In this document: one piece after another, positions 1-13,249 of the stretch
Position numbering within the stretch: the first letter of the stretch is position 1
Layout: every line of letters begins with the position of its first letter
Source of the DNA: Eledone cirrhosa
Lineage: Eukaryota
Direction of reading: 5' to 3'
Assembly: GCA_964016885.1 (NCBI GenBank)
Contig: OZ024747.1
Coordinates: forward strand, 41,106,001-41,170,000
DNA: 64,000 nucleotides
Notes under the pieces: generated by a model
What the model saw: the letters and a program-made list of their open reading frames with translations, nothing else
What the model was told of the DNA's origin: nothing
Database searches by the model: none
Made by a program: the position numbers and the translations under genes

Positions 1-60
1 GACAATCTTTTAATAATGTCTTCCTTGTGAAATTTGTGGTCTTGTTTTGCTTAACTAATG

Positions 61-291
<231 letters not shown>

Positions 292-295
<4 letters not shown>

Positions 296-790
296 TTCGC
301 CCACTTTTATTCCTGAGGGGGTCGTGGGGGCAGAGTCCTCAAACACTCCTTCTTGCGGGACCTGTCTGAAGCAACCATTTCCATTTGATCCGGCTGGATC
401 CCCAAGCGAGACCAGCCAAGCTCATGGATGTTATCCAACCATCTTGCTTGGGATCTACCCCTTGGTCGACTTCCAGTTGGATTTTTCCGTAAAGTCTGTC
501 CAGCAATTCTTTCCTCAGACATTCTAACCGCATGCCCGAGGTATCGGAGCTATGATTTCTCAATTCGGAGAAGTAGCGGCTCTACCTGGAGTGACACACA
601 GATCTCCGCGTTATGCACTCTATCGAGTAATGTTACTCCAAAGACTCTTCGAGGGAATCCCATTTCGGCCGCTTGTATTCGCGATCGTAATCTTTCGGTC
701 ATTACCCAAGATTCATGACCATAGGTAAGAGTTGGCACGAATATCGAATTGAAGATAGTGCTTTGCTGAACTCTTAAACCCGATCACCAC
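292..790 (-). mobile_element. RTE-clade (Rex3/Expander-like) LINE 3' fragment
   Basis: PTLTYGHESWVMTERLRSRIQAAEMGF..RRV.G.TL.DRV.N..I...LQVEPLL, then GSRPRGR...RWLD, which is the RTE C-terminus. The 3' end runs into (TA)n. Confidence 0.85.
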
Positions 791-887
791 AGCATCTTCT
801 GATGTGCACGAGGTACATCTGGAAGCGGTGATTAATCTATCAGAGGCTGAAGTTACAAGAGCAGTTAACTATCGTACTTCTATTATT

Positions 888-1050
888 CGGACGCCATGCT
901 TTGACGCATAGAGTTATGGCCCTTGCCATTCTGAGTTCAAATCCCGTGGAGGTTAACTTTGCCTCTCATCCTTACGGGGTCGATAAAATAAAGTACCAGT
1001 AATGCACTGGGTAATTGCTGGCCTTGTGCCAAAAGTAGAAACAATTATTA
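888..1050 (+). mobile_element. tRNA-derived SINE, 5' truncated (dominant family in window)
   Basis: B box GAGTTCAAATCC, core tttgcctytcatccttacggggtcgataaaataaagtaccag, tail gccttgtgccaaaagtagaaacaattatt. More than 10 copies in the window. Confidence 0.85.
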
Positions 1051-1455
1051 AATAAACAAACCGCAAAATCATATACGTCGTTGCAAATTCGTATCGTTGT
1101 CCCGTCGCGAAAGAAGATTTGCCCTTTATTGATAAGTGATTTGCTACACAGCGCCCTTCTAGATTGAGGCTAGAAATATCCGAGAGTCGATTTAAAACGG
1201 TTTCATTGGAAAGTCGGTACGAGTTCGACTCTCTTCGAAAAAATGATGTGCTGGAGTGTTTCAATCACGCCTCTGCTTATTGGTGGTTCGTATCACATCT
1301 TAGCATAAATAAGTTATGTTCACCATTCTGTAGAAAATAAACGTCGTTGTATTAAATTAAATAAACAGCAACACGGAATATGCCGATGTAAGTTCGAATG
1401 AATTGCATGTCAAAAATGTAGTTTTCTCTTTTCATACATTTTATACGTTTCGAAA

Positions 1456-1504
<49 letters not shown>

Positions 1505-3079
1505 GACACATTCTTACTGTAGCAGAAAACCTCCCGGGGTGATGTTTCTTCTAGTGCTATATAAAATAGAAGACCGCCTGCAGAAAATACAATGTTCTGT
1601 CACGTTTCACTGTTGAATAAATTTAGATTTTTTTCCATAAATGTTTAGAAGTTACTAAAAAATTGGAAATTGTTTCACTGTTTATTTTATGTATGTTTAA
1701 CTAATGTTTACAGTTTCCTTTCATATTTCACTTCTTCATTTTAATATATGGAAAGCGTATATTGGACAACGCCTTCAAATATAAAAACATATGAGATAAT
1801 ATATACATTAAATATACTAACAGAAACCCGCCGGGAGGACGACGTTTCTACTAGTATATATACACACACACACACACATATATATATATATGTGTGTGTG
1901 TGTGCGTGTGCGTGTGTGTGTGTATGTATGTAGAAGTAGTACGTTGTAGTTGTATTCTCACCTAGGCAACACAAGTAAAAAAAATGAGGTAGTCCCTATA
2001 CGCTCGATGATGCGAGAGATAAATTCTTGGCATTAGAGTAGTTTCAATTATGATATTAAAGGGAAACACAATGAATAAAATGTCCACTGTACGTATGCCA
2101 ATTACAATAGATAACAACAACACCAATATGTATATAAAGAGAGAAGGAAAATAGGCGATTCTCTTTACATATTAATTTGCTGATCAGTTGAGTTATACAT
2201 ATCGTGCTCAAAAACTGTTTGAATTGTATTTTAACTTCAGTTACCACATTTGATTAGGTTATCAGCACTATTTCATGTAATTCTATGTAACATAACTTCA
2301 TTCATGTGTATATGTTCTTTTATTTATCGGTAGCTAAATTACTCATAGAATAAATTACTCATAGAATAAAAGCGAGGTATTTTCGCCGAACATTTCTGAA
2401 ATGTTTACTAAAATGCCATCTATTTTCAATTTTGAATTTTGTAATTCTATGATCTTCCACCTTGGGAAATTACCATTTCAACTTTTGCACAGCCATTTAC
2501 ATATGTACTGTCTTAATAGACAGCATGTTTTGATCTCTATTTTGGCAATTGTTTTTGTTAATTATTAGCTTCGGTGCCATTAGAATACTGGCTACAACAT
2601 AGTCATCGTGTCTATCACAAAGAACTGAAGCAGGTACTGTAATTACAAACGTTTTGTATACATTTCGTATACTGATGTTAGTATATACTCCACATTTATA
2701 TCACGAAACTCAAATTAACTATATAACAAGCAAGAACGTTTTATAACGTTACGATTTCCTCTGGGCACTTCTGAAGTCTATGATGTAGCTTTAACCAAAA
2801 GTTAAAATAACGTTACTCCTTTTTTGTCAATGGTATTCACATATAAATTCAATATCAATTTAATAAATATTTGAATTTGCCTATATTCTAATAGCTCCGT
2901 TTACTTCAGCACGCCAGTTTAAATCGATATATTAAATCGATAAACGAAATTTATTTTCTCGAAAGTAAAAACTACTTTCGACTATCTTATTTTAAAGTTG
3001 AAATGGTAACAAAACTAATTAAGAAATTGTTCCGATGTTATTGGCAAGTAAAATAGAGAAACGATATATGTTTAGATAT

Positions 3080-3225
3080 TTATGGCACAGAGCTGTGTTT
3101 TTAAGAAGTCCACTTCGCAATCACGTAGTTCCAGATTCGATTCAATTGCGCAGAACTAATCCCAGGTTAACTAATAACTTGTACCTGGAATCAGGTAGAG
3201 GGAAACTGTACCAAAAAGCTTCTCA
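3080..3225 (+). mobile_element. degenerate SINE
   Basis: Decayed tRNA-like head (gtgtttttaagaagt...gttccagattcgattc). Confidence 0.4.
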
Positions 3226-3229
3226 ACTT

Positions 3230-3260
<31 letters not shown>

Positions 3261-3986
3261 CTCACTCTCCTTTCTGAAAGAAATCGGCTGTGTTCAGAGC
3301 TCGAGAGGAGATGGGCCTTCGCTAGGTTTAAAATGCCCGACAGACGCTGTATGTCACAACGACGCCCCTATGAAATTGTAGGCGGACTATAAAAACAAAA
3401 TGATTGTTAGAATTAACCAGCATGTTTCAAAATGTTTTGCTGATCTAGTTTTCCTTAGATTATTCTATATTAAGCCTTTTTCTACTATATATATATATTT
3501 ATGTATTTATTTATTTATTTATTCATTTATATATCCAATCGGAAACGCTGACGTTTATCTGGCTCATTAACATGGACAGAGAATATTTATTTCAGGCAAA
3601 ATTACTTCTTAATAACTGTTGGAGGAGGGGGAGATTCCTGAATAATAAGCTAGTTTTCAGCTAAATGATTTTTTTTCTTATTGCCTCCCCTCTTTTCTTT
3701 CTATCCTATTTCCCCTTCCTTTATAAATGAATTATTCACTTTCTCGTTTGTGTTTTCTTTGTTTTTCCTAATCAAATTCTCATCTATCTTTTCACTCTGC
3801 TTCACTCTCCACTTTTCTTTCTATCTCATCTCTCTTTTTCATTGTCTTTCATTGTTGAATCCTATTTTACGTTGTTGTTTTTTTTATTAAAGACATTATA
3901 GATGGGGGGCAGATATAAGTGTATGCAGAAATATCCCTAGGTGTGAAAAAGGAAAACAGTGCTCAGAAGAGAGCTAATATATTATA

Positions 3987-4660
3987 TCCCGCCGAGGTTA
4001 ACTTTGCCTTTCATCCTTACGGGATCGATAAAATAAAATACCAGTAATGCACTGGTTAATTGCTGGCCTTGTGCCAAAAGTAGAAACAATTATTTGTACT
4101 AATACAAGGGCGTTGGATTGGCAGAATCGGTAGAGCGTCGGATACCATGCTTTGCAGCATAGAGTTATGGCCCTTTATGATCTGAGTTCAAATCCCGCCG
4201 AGGTAGACTTTGCCTTTCATCCTTACGTGGGTCGATAAAATAAAGTAACAGTCGCGCACTGGAGTCGATTAATCGACTTTCCTCTCTCCCGAAATTGCTG
4301 GCCTTGTGCCTATATAAGAAACCATTATTTATACTCATACACGAAACAAAAGCGTTACCTAAGCACGGAATAAAAAAACTAGTCAAGGTTTCAAGTCCCG
4401 ATATTGACCATATCTTCATAAAGTAAGAAGGATCAAAATTGCGACCTAATCTTTAGGCGCTCATACGAGTTATATATGTATAAAGTTCTGGGTCGACAGA
4501 ATCGTTAGAACGTAGGGCGAATGATTCGTAGTATTTGTTCAATCTTTCTACGTACTAAGTTCAAATCCCACCAAAGCAACTTTGTCTTTTTTCATTTTTC
4601 CGAGGTCTATAGAATAAAGTACCAGCTTTAAAGTGCCGATGTAATCGTCTTTCTCCTCGC
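3987..4660 (+). mobile_element. cluster of three SINE copies (3987-4095, 4108-4330, 4490-4660)
   Basis: Repeated A box (TGGCAGAATCGG), B box and core sequence. Confidence 0.85.
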
Positions 4661-6025
4661 ATAACTGTGAGAAGGGGCTCACGTTGAAGGGCTAGCCTAG
4701 GATATTAAATACCCAAGACGGGATAGGTTCTGCCTATGTCACTACGGCGCCTCAACGATTCCATCAGGGGTTCTGGGCTCGTACATAAATACAAAATATT
4801 TAGGTACTAAACAAAATATACAAACGCATCTAGTCCGGTCCCTACAGTTTTTCTCTTCTCCATAAAAACCATTGCCTTGAAAATGTAGACAGTATTGATA
4901 ACAGCAATCTCTGTCGGAATTCGGTCAAGATATAGTAGCAATGCTACAAAATTAGTCAATATTACATGTTGTACGAAATGAGTCATTGTTAGATGTTATA
5001 CTGATTTCTAACCTAGGCAGACGCATTCTAGATAAGACGGCGGCAAATGGGAATAGTAACGGAGTGCGAGAACTTAATATTCCATACTAATCCAGAAACA
5101 AAATAGTGAGATATCTATTTATAGTTCTGAAAATTATACATGATATGAAAGAAAACCATTTTATCAATGGTCGTTTTCTTTCTTTTCTCTCTCTACTAAG
5201 TGGGAACAAATTATGCGTAAGCATATGAATTCTTAATCAAGGATTGGTTATATGTAGTTTTGCGATTGGTTTGTAGATCAGTTGTTGTTATTGCTGTGTC
5301 TAAACTTCTGTGAAGTATCCGCTTTTTTAGATCATTACTAGCGTGGGTTAAATATAACTGGGTGAGATTAATCCAGGAAAGGCAATAACTGGAAATCAAA
5401 CATAAAAAGGAAGAAAACTTCAGTCATATGTAGATATGTAGAACTAAGGAAGATAAACACTGAAATGGTGAGTGAGAACGAAACAGCATTATGTGAATAT
5501 TGATGAAGTGATTCTAGTCTGCGGCTCAGCTGGCTCCGACTGACAGTACCTAAAATAGCTACTTATCCAGGAATACGGACTTTGAAACAATAGGTTAGTT
5601 TCGCTATGTGCTGGGAAGGGTGGATTGGTGGAGCCCGAGGTTAGTAATCTTATCACCATTAATCAAAATTGCTGTACTCTTGGGGGATTGCCACAAAGAG
5701 AATACCAACTTCCCTTCACTACGAAAAACAACTTCTTTTTCCTATACTTTTACCTGTTAGATATATTAAAAAACCTTACTTTCGAGTATATATACATATA
5801 ATTATATGTATATTACGATTTATTTCTTTACTAGTGTTTATAGATTGCTTATTTTATGTTTTGATTCATTTTAGTTTAAATATTATTTATTTCATGAATA
5901 GTGGGTTTGGAGATCTTCGATAGTTTAGGTCTGTTGTTACTGCTTACTTTATTTCGATGTCGGGTGGAGTTACGGGAGAAGTGAGAAGTAATTTCATATC
6001 TATATCTATATTTTTCTATCTACCG

Positions 6026-6201
<176 letters not shown>

Positions 6202-6205
6202 TTAG

Positions 6206-6242
<37 letters not shown>

Positions 6243-6502
6243 ATACAATAACAGAGATAGCTTAACGCTAAACTCAGACTGGTAACCATCTCACTCAACA
6301 AACATTAGGTTATATGTTAGTATAATCCAATTTAAGTGTTTGGGGTGCTAACTATATGTATTTTGTGGAAAGCCAGTTGTATTATTTTATGAGATATAAT
6401 TAAAGTTAAAATATATCTCTCTTTCCAAACAATTGTTTCATTATAAGTTTTCTACAAATTGGGAGAATGTTTCCAGTTTATGTAGAAGCCGATATATATA
6501 TA

Positions 6503-6549
6503 TTTCCTGATGATTTCCTTCGAATGAAACGGTTCTAGTCCTGTAGAAG
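6503..6549 (+). ncRNA. putative type I hammerhead ribozyme
   Basis: UUUC-CUGAUGA-U(UUC cuuc GAA)U-GAAA-CGG uucuagu CC(U)GUA-GAAG. Core intact, stems short. Confidence 0.55.
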
Positions 6550-7590
6550 CCATTTTTATATTAAACATTATATACTCTATGTATTGAGTACCTTACTTAC
6601 TGTGGTTAGTTTATGTAGAAGCCTAAATATATTCATGTAAGAATATATTTAGGTGGGCACTTATAAATCTTCAGTGGAAGCCCATTAAACTTTGATATAA
6701 GAAAAAATTCTTACCGCAGTTAAAAATCGTGTCTGCTAAGCTGCTCCTTCACGCATCGAATGACCGCCAAATTTGAAATTCCAGCAGTCTTTTGACTGAG
6801 GAAGTTTCATAGCGTCACGAAGCGGGAAAGGGAGACAACCACGATACACGAGGACAAAAAAAAATAATATACACTCGGGTTAATTAGTTTTTTCAAAACA
6901 TTATCAATCCAACGTGTTAAGAACTCAATTGAAATTAAAAAAATAAATGTATGCGTGTATTAATTACACACTCATATAGATATTTTCTTAGGCTAAAAAC
7001 AGAGGTGATACCAAAATAACAAACCGCATCACATCACCGCAGCAAATACTGAAGGTTACGCTTTAAAGGCGATTGGGAATGTAAATCTCTGGCCAAATTA
7101 AGAGTAAAATATTTAATACACGCGGGTTAATTAGTTATTTAAAACTATTATCAATTCCAGGTGTTAAGAACTCAATTAATTTAAAAAAATAAATGTATGC
7201 ATGTAATTATTTACACACGCATATATATATTTTCTTAGGCTAAAAACAGAGAAGTGACAACCAAAAAAACCTCCATATCTCACAACAGTAACAAATACAG
7301 AAAGTCATGTTTATAAGGTACCTGGAAATAAGTACCTCTGGCCAAATCAAGAGTAACATATTTAATACAATAACAGAGATAGCTTAACATTAGGTTATAT
7401 GTTAGTATAACCAATTTAAGTGTTTGGGGTGCTAACTATATGTATTTTGTGGAAAGCCAGTTGTATTATTTTATGAGATATAATTAAAGTTAAAATATAT
7501 CTCTCTTTCCAAACGATTGTTTCATTATAAGTTTTCTACAAATTGGGAGAATGTTTCCAGTTTATGTAGAAGCCGATATATATATATATA

Positions 7591-7637
7591 TTTCCTGATG
7601 ATTTCCTTCGAATGAAACGGTTCTAGTCCTGTAGAAG
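7591..7637 (+). ncRNA. putative type I hammerhead ribozyme (copy of 6503-6549)
   Basis: Identical motif in the second direct repeat. Confidence 0.55.
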
Positions 7638-7877
7638 CCATTTTTATATTAAACATTATATACTCTATGTATTGAGTACCTTACTTACTGTGGTTACCCT
7701 CGATTGAACCCGGGATACATACTTATATATATATTAAAGGAAATAAACTTCGTTTAGGGACACAACACTATGGTAAATGACGTGCGTCTACATGTGAGAA
7801 TACAGATACCTAAATATGGAATGTTACGCGATTACCCCCCCCCCCCCCCCACACACACACACACACACACACACACA

Positions 7878-8048
7878 GCCCCGGCGGACAGGATGGAGAA
7901 GGCGTTCCCCCGGAGGATGGCTAAGGAGACGCGCTGGAAAAGCCACACCAACTCGCGGGGTTCACACCTGCGGCTGGCCAGCTCAGCGCCTATGGTGGTA
8001 GGTAGGGAGGTAGCCCTAGGGCCGAGGACACCAGAAGTCTCCACTGCC
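7878..8048 (-). mobile_element. CRE-clade non-LTR retrotransposon RLE C-terminal fragment
   Basis: AVETSGVLGP...WLFQRVSLAILRGNAFSIL. The 3' end abuts (CA)n. Confidence 0.8.
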
Positions 8049-8316
8049 ATTAAAATAATACAGATTAAAGTGTAAGCAAAGAATCGCTGCTTTCACCCTT
8101 GATATTGTCCTATCAGTTTGCCTACATATAACAGTCTATATAACAATTTGTCTATTAAACTCTGATTTGCCTCTCTATGACATCAACATATCCTTCTTGT
8201 TGCTTCAATCTCTCCTACACACTTTTCACCAATCTGTCACCATATCTATATTTCATTCTTCGTCTTTCCTCTCTCTCTCTCGCTCTCTATCACTCTCTCA
8301 CGCTCTCTCTCTCATC

Positions 8317-8377
<61 letters not shown>

Positions 8378-8450
8378 TGCTCTGCTCTGCTCTCTATCAC
8401 CCTCAATGTCTCACTGTCTCTTTCTTTCTCTCCGTCTCTCACACTCTCGG

Positions 8451-8515
<65 letters not shown>

Positions 8516-8874
8516 AATCCTTCCTCGCTTTTATATTGCTTTTACTGTTATTAATTCTCTGCCTACCAATGACACATATTCATTCACCAAATTCACTCTT
8601 TCCTTGCTATTATCCTCTACAATTTTCTGAAATATCTCTTTTCTGATGATATTTTTGCAACTTATCCACAAATGGTAGGAAATTATAATAATAAAGTCAT
8701 TTACTTTGAAATAATGGAAATTCGCTCATCTCTATGATCTTCAGATGTATTGAAAATATCGCACAAGATTTGACAAAGCCTTGAGTTGTTTCGTCAGGAA
8801 ATTAACGGAGTAAAATGCTATACGTGTTTTAATATTAAATGGAAACTTTCAAAAGCGTTTGTAGTACATAAGAT

Positions 8875-8968
8875 TAGATAGATAGATAGATAGATAGATA
8901 GATTTCTTTTATTTGCCACTAGGGCATCAAAAGTGGGACAAGTACAAAGGGGGGAGTTTACACAATAT

Positions 8969-9046
<78 letters not shown>

Positions 9047-11333
9047 GGGGGGATAGAGATAGGAAGGGGCGGAGAGATAGTTAGTTAGACAGATAGATAT
9101 CTTTCTTTATTTGCCACAGGGGCGTACAAAAATGGGACATTACAAGACGTGACGGCGGGGGTTTTACATAAAATCTTTAATAATGATAAATAACAATAAA
9201 CTATATAAAAATAAAACAATTGAAATCCCCAATAGGGGGAACGTTACTGCAGGGTTGTTTTACACCCTGTGGATAAAACAACCCTCAACACCAGGAACAC
9301 GTTTTGTAGGTGTTCCTGTCTTCTCTCTGTTTATCTTCCTCAACCTACAGGTTTATATACAGAGAAGGCCCATTCACCCGGGCCATTTTCGCCACATTCA
9401 CCCACCTTTCAGTGAATTTACTGGGGTGTAGCACCTCTCTCTCCACTCTCACCTTCCTTCTGAAGTGGTACTTAAAGAAGGGGATGAGTTGTTGTCCGGA
9501 GAGAAAGGTGCTTGCCCTCAGTAGACCGCTTGAAGGACGCCAGAGAACAAGTCTGGCATGCCTATGTAAAACTCATAGGGTAGACCATGTAAACCGGGTG
9601 ATTTTCGTTTCCTGCAGCGGCCTAGGGCATCTTCTATTTCGCCAGCTGTGATCGGCTCGGCCTTTCACAGCTCTCTGCATCCGTGCTCGAGAGTCGTGGT
9701 ACGCCCTCGAGGTAGGAGCTGAAGTCCATCACCTCCCTTGACGTACCACTTTTCCCGAACAGTTCTGCAAAATGCTGCTGGAAGGCCGTGCACATCTGCT
9801 TGGATTCAAGTAGAATGCGTCCATCTTTGTCTTGCAAAGACCGAATTGTGGATTTGTTGCCACTTTTCGCCTCTGCCACTCGGGCCCAGCTAACAGATTT
9901 GGCCCCCTCGTTTCTTAGAGCACGTCTTCTACTTCTGACAATACAACCCTCGTGTTTCACGTTGAAGAACTGGTCGTGCCGTTCTCGCCGCTAGCACGTC
10001 AGCTGTACTGTCATTCTTAAGTACCTCTTCTACTTTAGCTACCAGTTCCTTTTCGGTTTTGTTTTTTTCTACAGCTACTTCCTTGCTAAATGCTATCGAT
10101 TATATTCTAATTGCTCTCTTGAGAGAGCTCCACCACCTGTTGTTGATCGCTCCCGTCAACTGGCACTTAACTAAGGTGCTAATCCGTTTACTTGTAGGCC
10201 TTACGCGCCGGAAGCGACATGTTTAGCTTCCAGTATCCGGGTCCCTGTCTATGTGTTCTATCAAGGTTGACTACGCAGGTGACTAATTTGTGGTCTGAAT
10301 AGGCAACCATATGCATTTGTGGACAGCTTAATGTTTCCTTATCATTCTGTCTAATTAAAAATCTATCTAAATACGATCTAGAAGACCCAGTGCGGCTGCT
10401 CCACGTCCACAGTGGTACACTTGGGAAGTCTAGTCGATATCTATCAGCCAGTTGGAATTGGCTGATGAGATTTTTGAGGCTATTACACCCCCTCTATTAT
10501 CACAAGCTCCTACATAGTCCCAACGTGCATCTTAGACTGATAGATAGAGAGATATATTTCTTTATTTGCCACAAGGGCGCACAAGAAAAGGGGACAAAAC
10601 AAAACACATGCCGGGGATTTTACATACAATCGTGTAAACATATGAAACAAACAAATATAACAATCGAAATCCCCAATAGAGGGGAGGCGCCACAAATGGG
10701 TTGTTTAATACCCCGTAGATAGAACAACCCTCAACTTCAGGAGCGTGTTGTGCAAGTGCTCTTTTCTTCCTTTTGCTCTCTTCTTCAACCTACAGGCTTA
10801 TATACAGAGAAGGCCCAATCACTCGGGCCATTTTTTCCACATGACTGATAGATAGATTTCTTTATTAGCCACAAGGGCGCAACAAGAAAGGGGACAATAC
10901 AAAGACATGCCGGGGATTTTACATACAGTCGTGTAAAAAATATAAAAACAAACAATTTCAACAATCGAAATCCCCAATAGGGGGGAGGCGCCACAAATGG
11001 GTTGTTTAATACCCCGTCGATAGAACAACCCTCAACTCAAGGAGCGTGTTGTGCAAGTGCTCCTTTCTTCCTTTTGCTCTCTTCCTCAACCTACAGGCTT
11101 ATAAACAGAGAAGGCCCAATCACTCGGGCCATTTTCGCTTCATTCACCCACCTTTCAGTAAATTTACTGGGGTGCAGTGCCTCTCTCTCCACCCTGATTC
11201 TCCTTCTAAAGTGATACTTAAAGAATGGAATCAATTGTTGTCCGGAGAGAAAGATAGACAGACATATAGATAGATAGATAGATAGATAGATATATAGATA
11301 GATAGATATATAGAGATAGATATAGATATATAG

Positions 11334-11410
<77 letters not shown>
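8875..11410 (-). mobile_element. stack of Tx1-clade LINE 3' fragments separated by (GATA)n (about 8903-8965, 9100-10540, 10557-10845, 10857-11250)
   Basis: Each fragment has the 3' end gtgg(c/ct)aaataaagaaa followed by (TATC)n and matches the ORF2 end/3' UTR of 42870-48545. The 9100-10540 piece is internally deleted. Confidence 0.85.
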
Positions 11411-13142
11411 TGTTTCTTTTATTTGCCACCAGGGCATCAAAAGTGGGACAAGTACAATGGGGGGAGTTTACAAAACAAGGCGTCCTCAATAAGGAGGAGG
11501 CAATAACAATATATAAAAATAAAATAAAATATAACAAAAAATAAAATTTATAACAAAGTCCTCAATAGAGAGGAGGCGCCTTGGGGGGGTCGCACACACC
11601 CCCGAAAAAAGTGTGCAACCCTTCTCCTCAGGAGCACAGAGAAGGGGTGCTCCCTTGGTCTTTCATCTTCCTCACCTATAGTCTGATGTAGAGTGAAGGC
11701 CCATTCACACGGGCCATTCTCGCCACTTTCACCCATCTTTCATAGAAACGGCTGGGGTGCAGCACCTCTCTCTCCATCCTGATCCTTCTTCCGAAATGAT
11801 ATCGGAAGAAACGGACCAGTTGTTGGCCAGAGAGAAAGGTGTCTGACCTCAGTCCTTTCAGACGCGTCCACCATACAACCTCTTTCGCCATGGCTATTAC
11901 GCACAGAAACACCGCCTCTCCTTCGTTTTTGAAGAGTGGAGGCGGCTTGATCGTTACAATAGACTCGGTGGTCAACCGGATTGGTCCCACCCTTGACAGC
12001 AGTTGATCGACATAACCCCACAGATCGGCAATGCCCGAGCAGTGTACCAATGCGTGTGCAACGGTTTCCTCGTCGCACACGCATCTGGGACAGATCTTTT
12101 TCGATGGGTCCCTACCCGGGCGCCCGTGTCTGTAGAGCCTTTCTCGAACGGGCAGAGCCCTTCTGTAGCATTGCCAGGCCAGGGACCTCTGGAAGTTATC
12201 CATGGGTCCCGGGCTGAATGTCCTACCGAACAGGTTGGCCAGTTCGTCTTCCTCCATGCCTAGGGCTTCTCCGAGGGCGTCGTCGCACCTGCTAACCACC
12301 AGCCCTCTATAGAATGACGAGGTGGATTCTCCACTGACAGCCGGGTCCGCCTGCCAGAGAGCCGTGAGTGCCTGGCCACACTCGGTGTGCCAGGCGCCCA
12401 GTTTTCTCGGTCTTTGCTTGACCCAGGATTGCAGCTCGGTGAGTGAGACGAGTCTGGGAAAGGCTCGCCTCACAAACGGGGCCCACACCGGTTGACCGGA
12501 GAGGAATACCTGAAGGTGCCGTAGCCTTAATGCGTGTTTACGTATCATTAGCCACGGCATCCCCAGCCCTCCTTTCGAAGGGTGTTGACAGCAGATGGAT
12601 CTCCTCACCATAGGAGCCCGCTTCTTCCAAAGGAATTGGAAGAGTGCGCGCTCCATTTTGGCGAGCGTTTCCCTTGGGCAAGGCACAACGGTCAGGCGGT
12701 AGTAGATGACGGACGCTATATAAGTGTTCGCCACCTCCGCCCGTCCTTTCAGGGACAGTTTGCACTCGGCCCACTTTTGGGTCAGTGCAAACACCCTGTT
12801 CGTCACCTCACCCCAGTTCTTCTCCACCTGGAGGTCTGGTCCGAACCAGACCCCGAGCAACTTCACCGGGCCCTCCGTCCAGCGCCCGACGATGCCATCG
12901 GAGGGCATCGATCTGCCCCTCCACGTGCCGAGTTGCAGACCGATCGACTTGTCCCGGTTCAGCTTAGCCCCTGTAAACCTTTCGTACTCCTCCAGTAAGG
13001 TGCAGATCGCCCTGATTTCCGAGGCCGTCGACACCATTACTGTTACGTCATCGGCGTAGGCTGACACCGCTTTCCGCAATCCCGGTTCCAACGGGATGCC
13101 CTGCAACAACTCCAACTTCCGCAGCAGTGGCTCTAGAGTCAT
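11411..13142 (-). mobile_element. Tx1-clade LINE family A, 5'-truncated; ORF2 RT C-half plus CCHC (ORF 11676-13142)
   Basis: AYADDV, KGGLG and CPRC..ETVAHALVHC in an open 488-aa frame. Both ends lie in (GATA)n. Confidence 0.93.
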
Positions 13143-13249
13143 TAGATAGATAGATAGATAGATGTGGTTGTGTGCATGTATATTTTGTTTCCGTTAATCT
13201 TATGTATGTATATATATGTGTATATATGTATAAGAGATATTTAATTTGT

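Larger units (their letters stand above)
6236..7696 (+). mobile_element. non-autonomous element with ~350-bp direct repeats (6236-6608, 7358-7696), each carrying a hammerhead motif; internal ~250-bp tandem duplication
   Basis: Near-identical terminal repeats (the second lacks ~36 nt). Internal units at about 6866-7113 and 7112-7366. No ORF. Confidence 0.75.

Noticed and set aside
4860-5640. Possible small exons or decayed RT
   Set aside because: Splice-like words occur but there is no consistent frame or motif.
11740-13059. Overlapping antisense or alternate-frame ORFs within Tx1, R4 and RTE copies
   Set aside because: Shadows of GC-richer LINE coding sequence, recurring only because the copies are near-identical.
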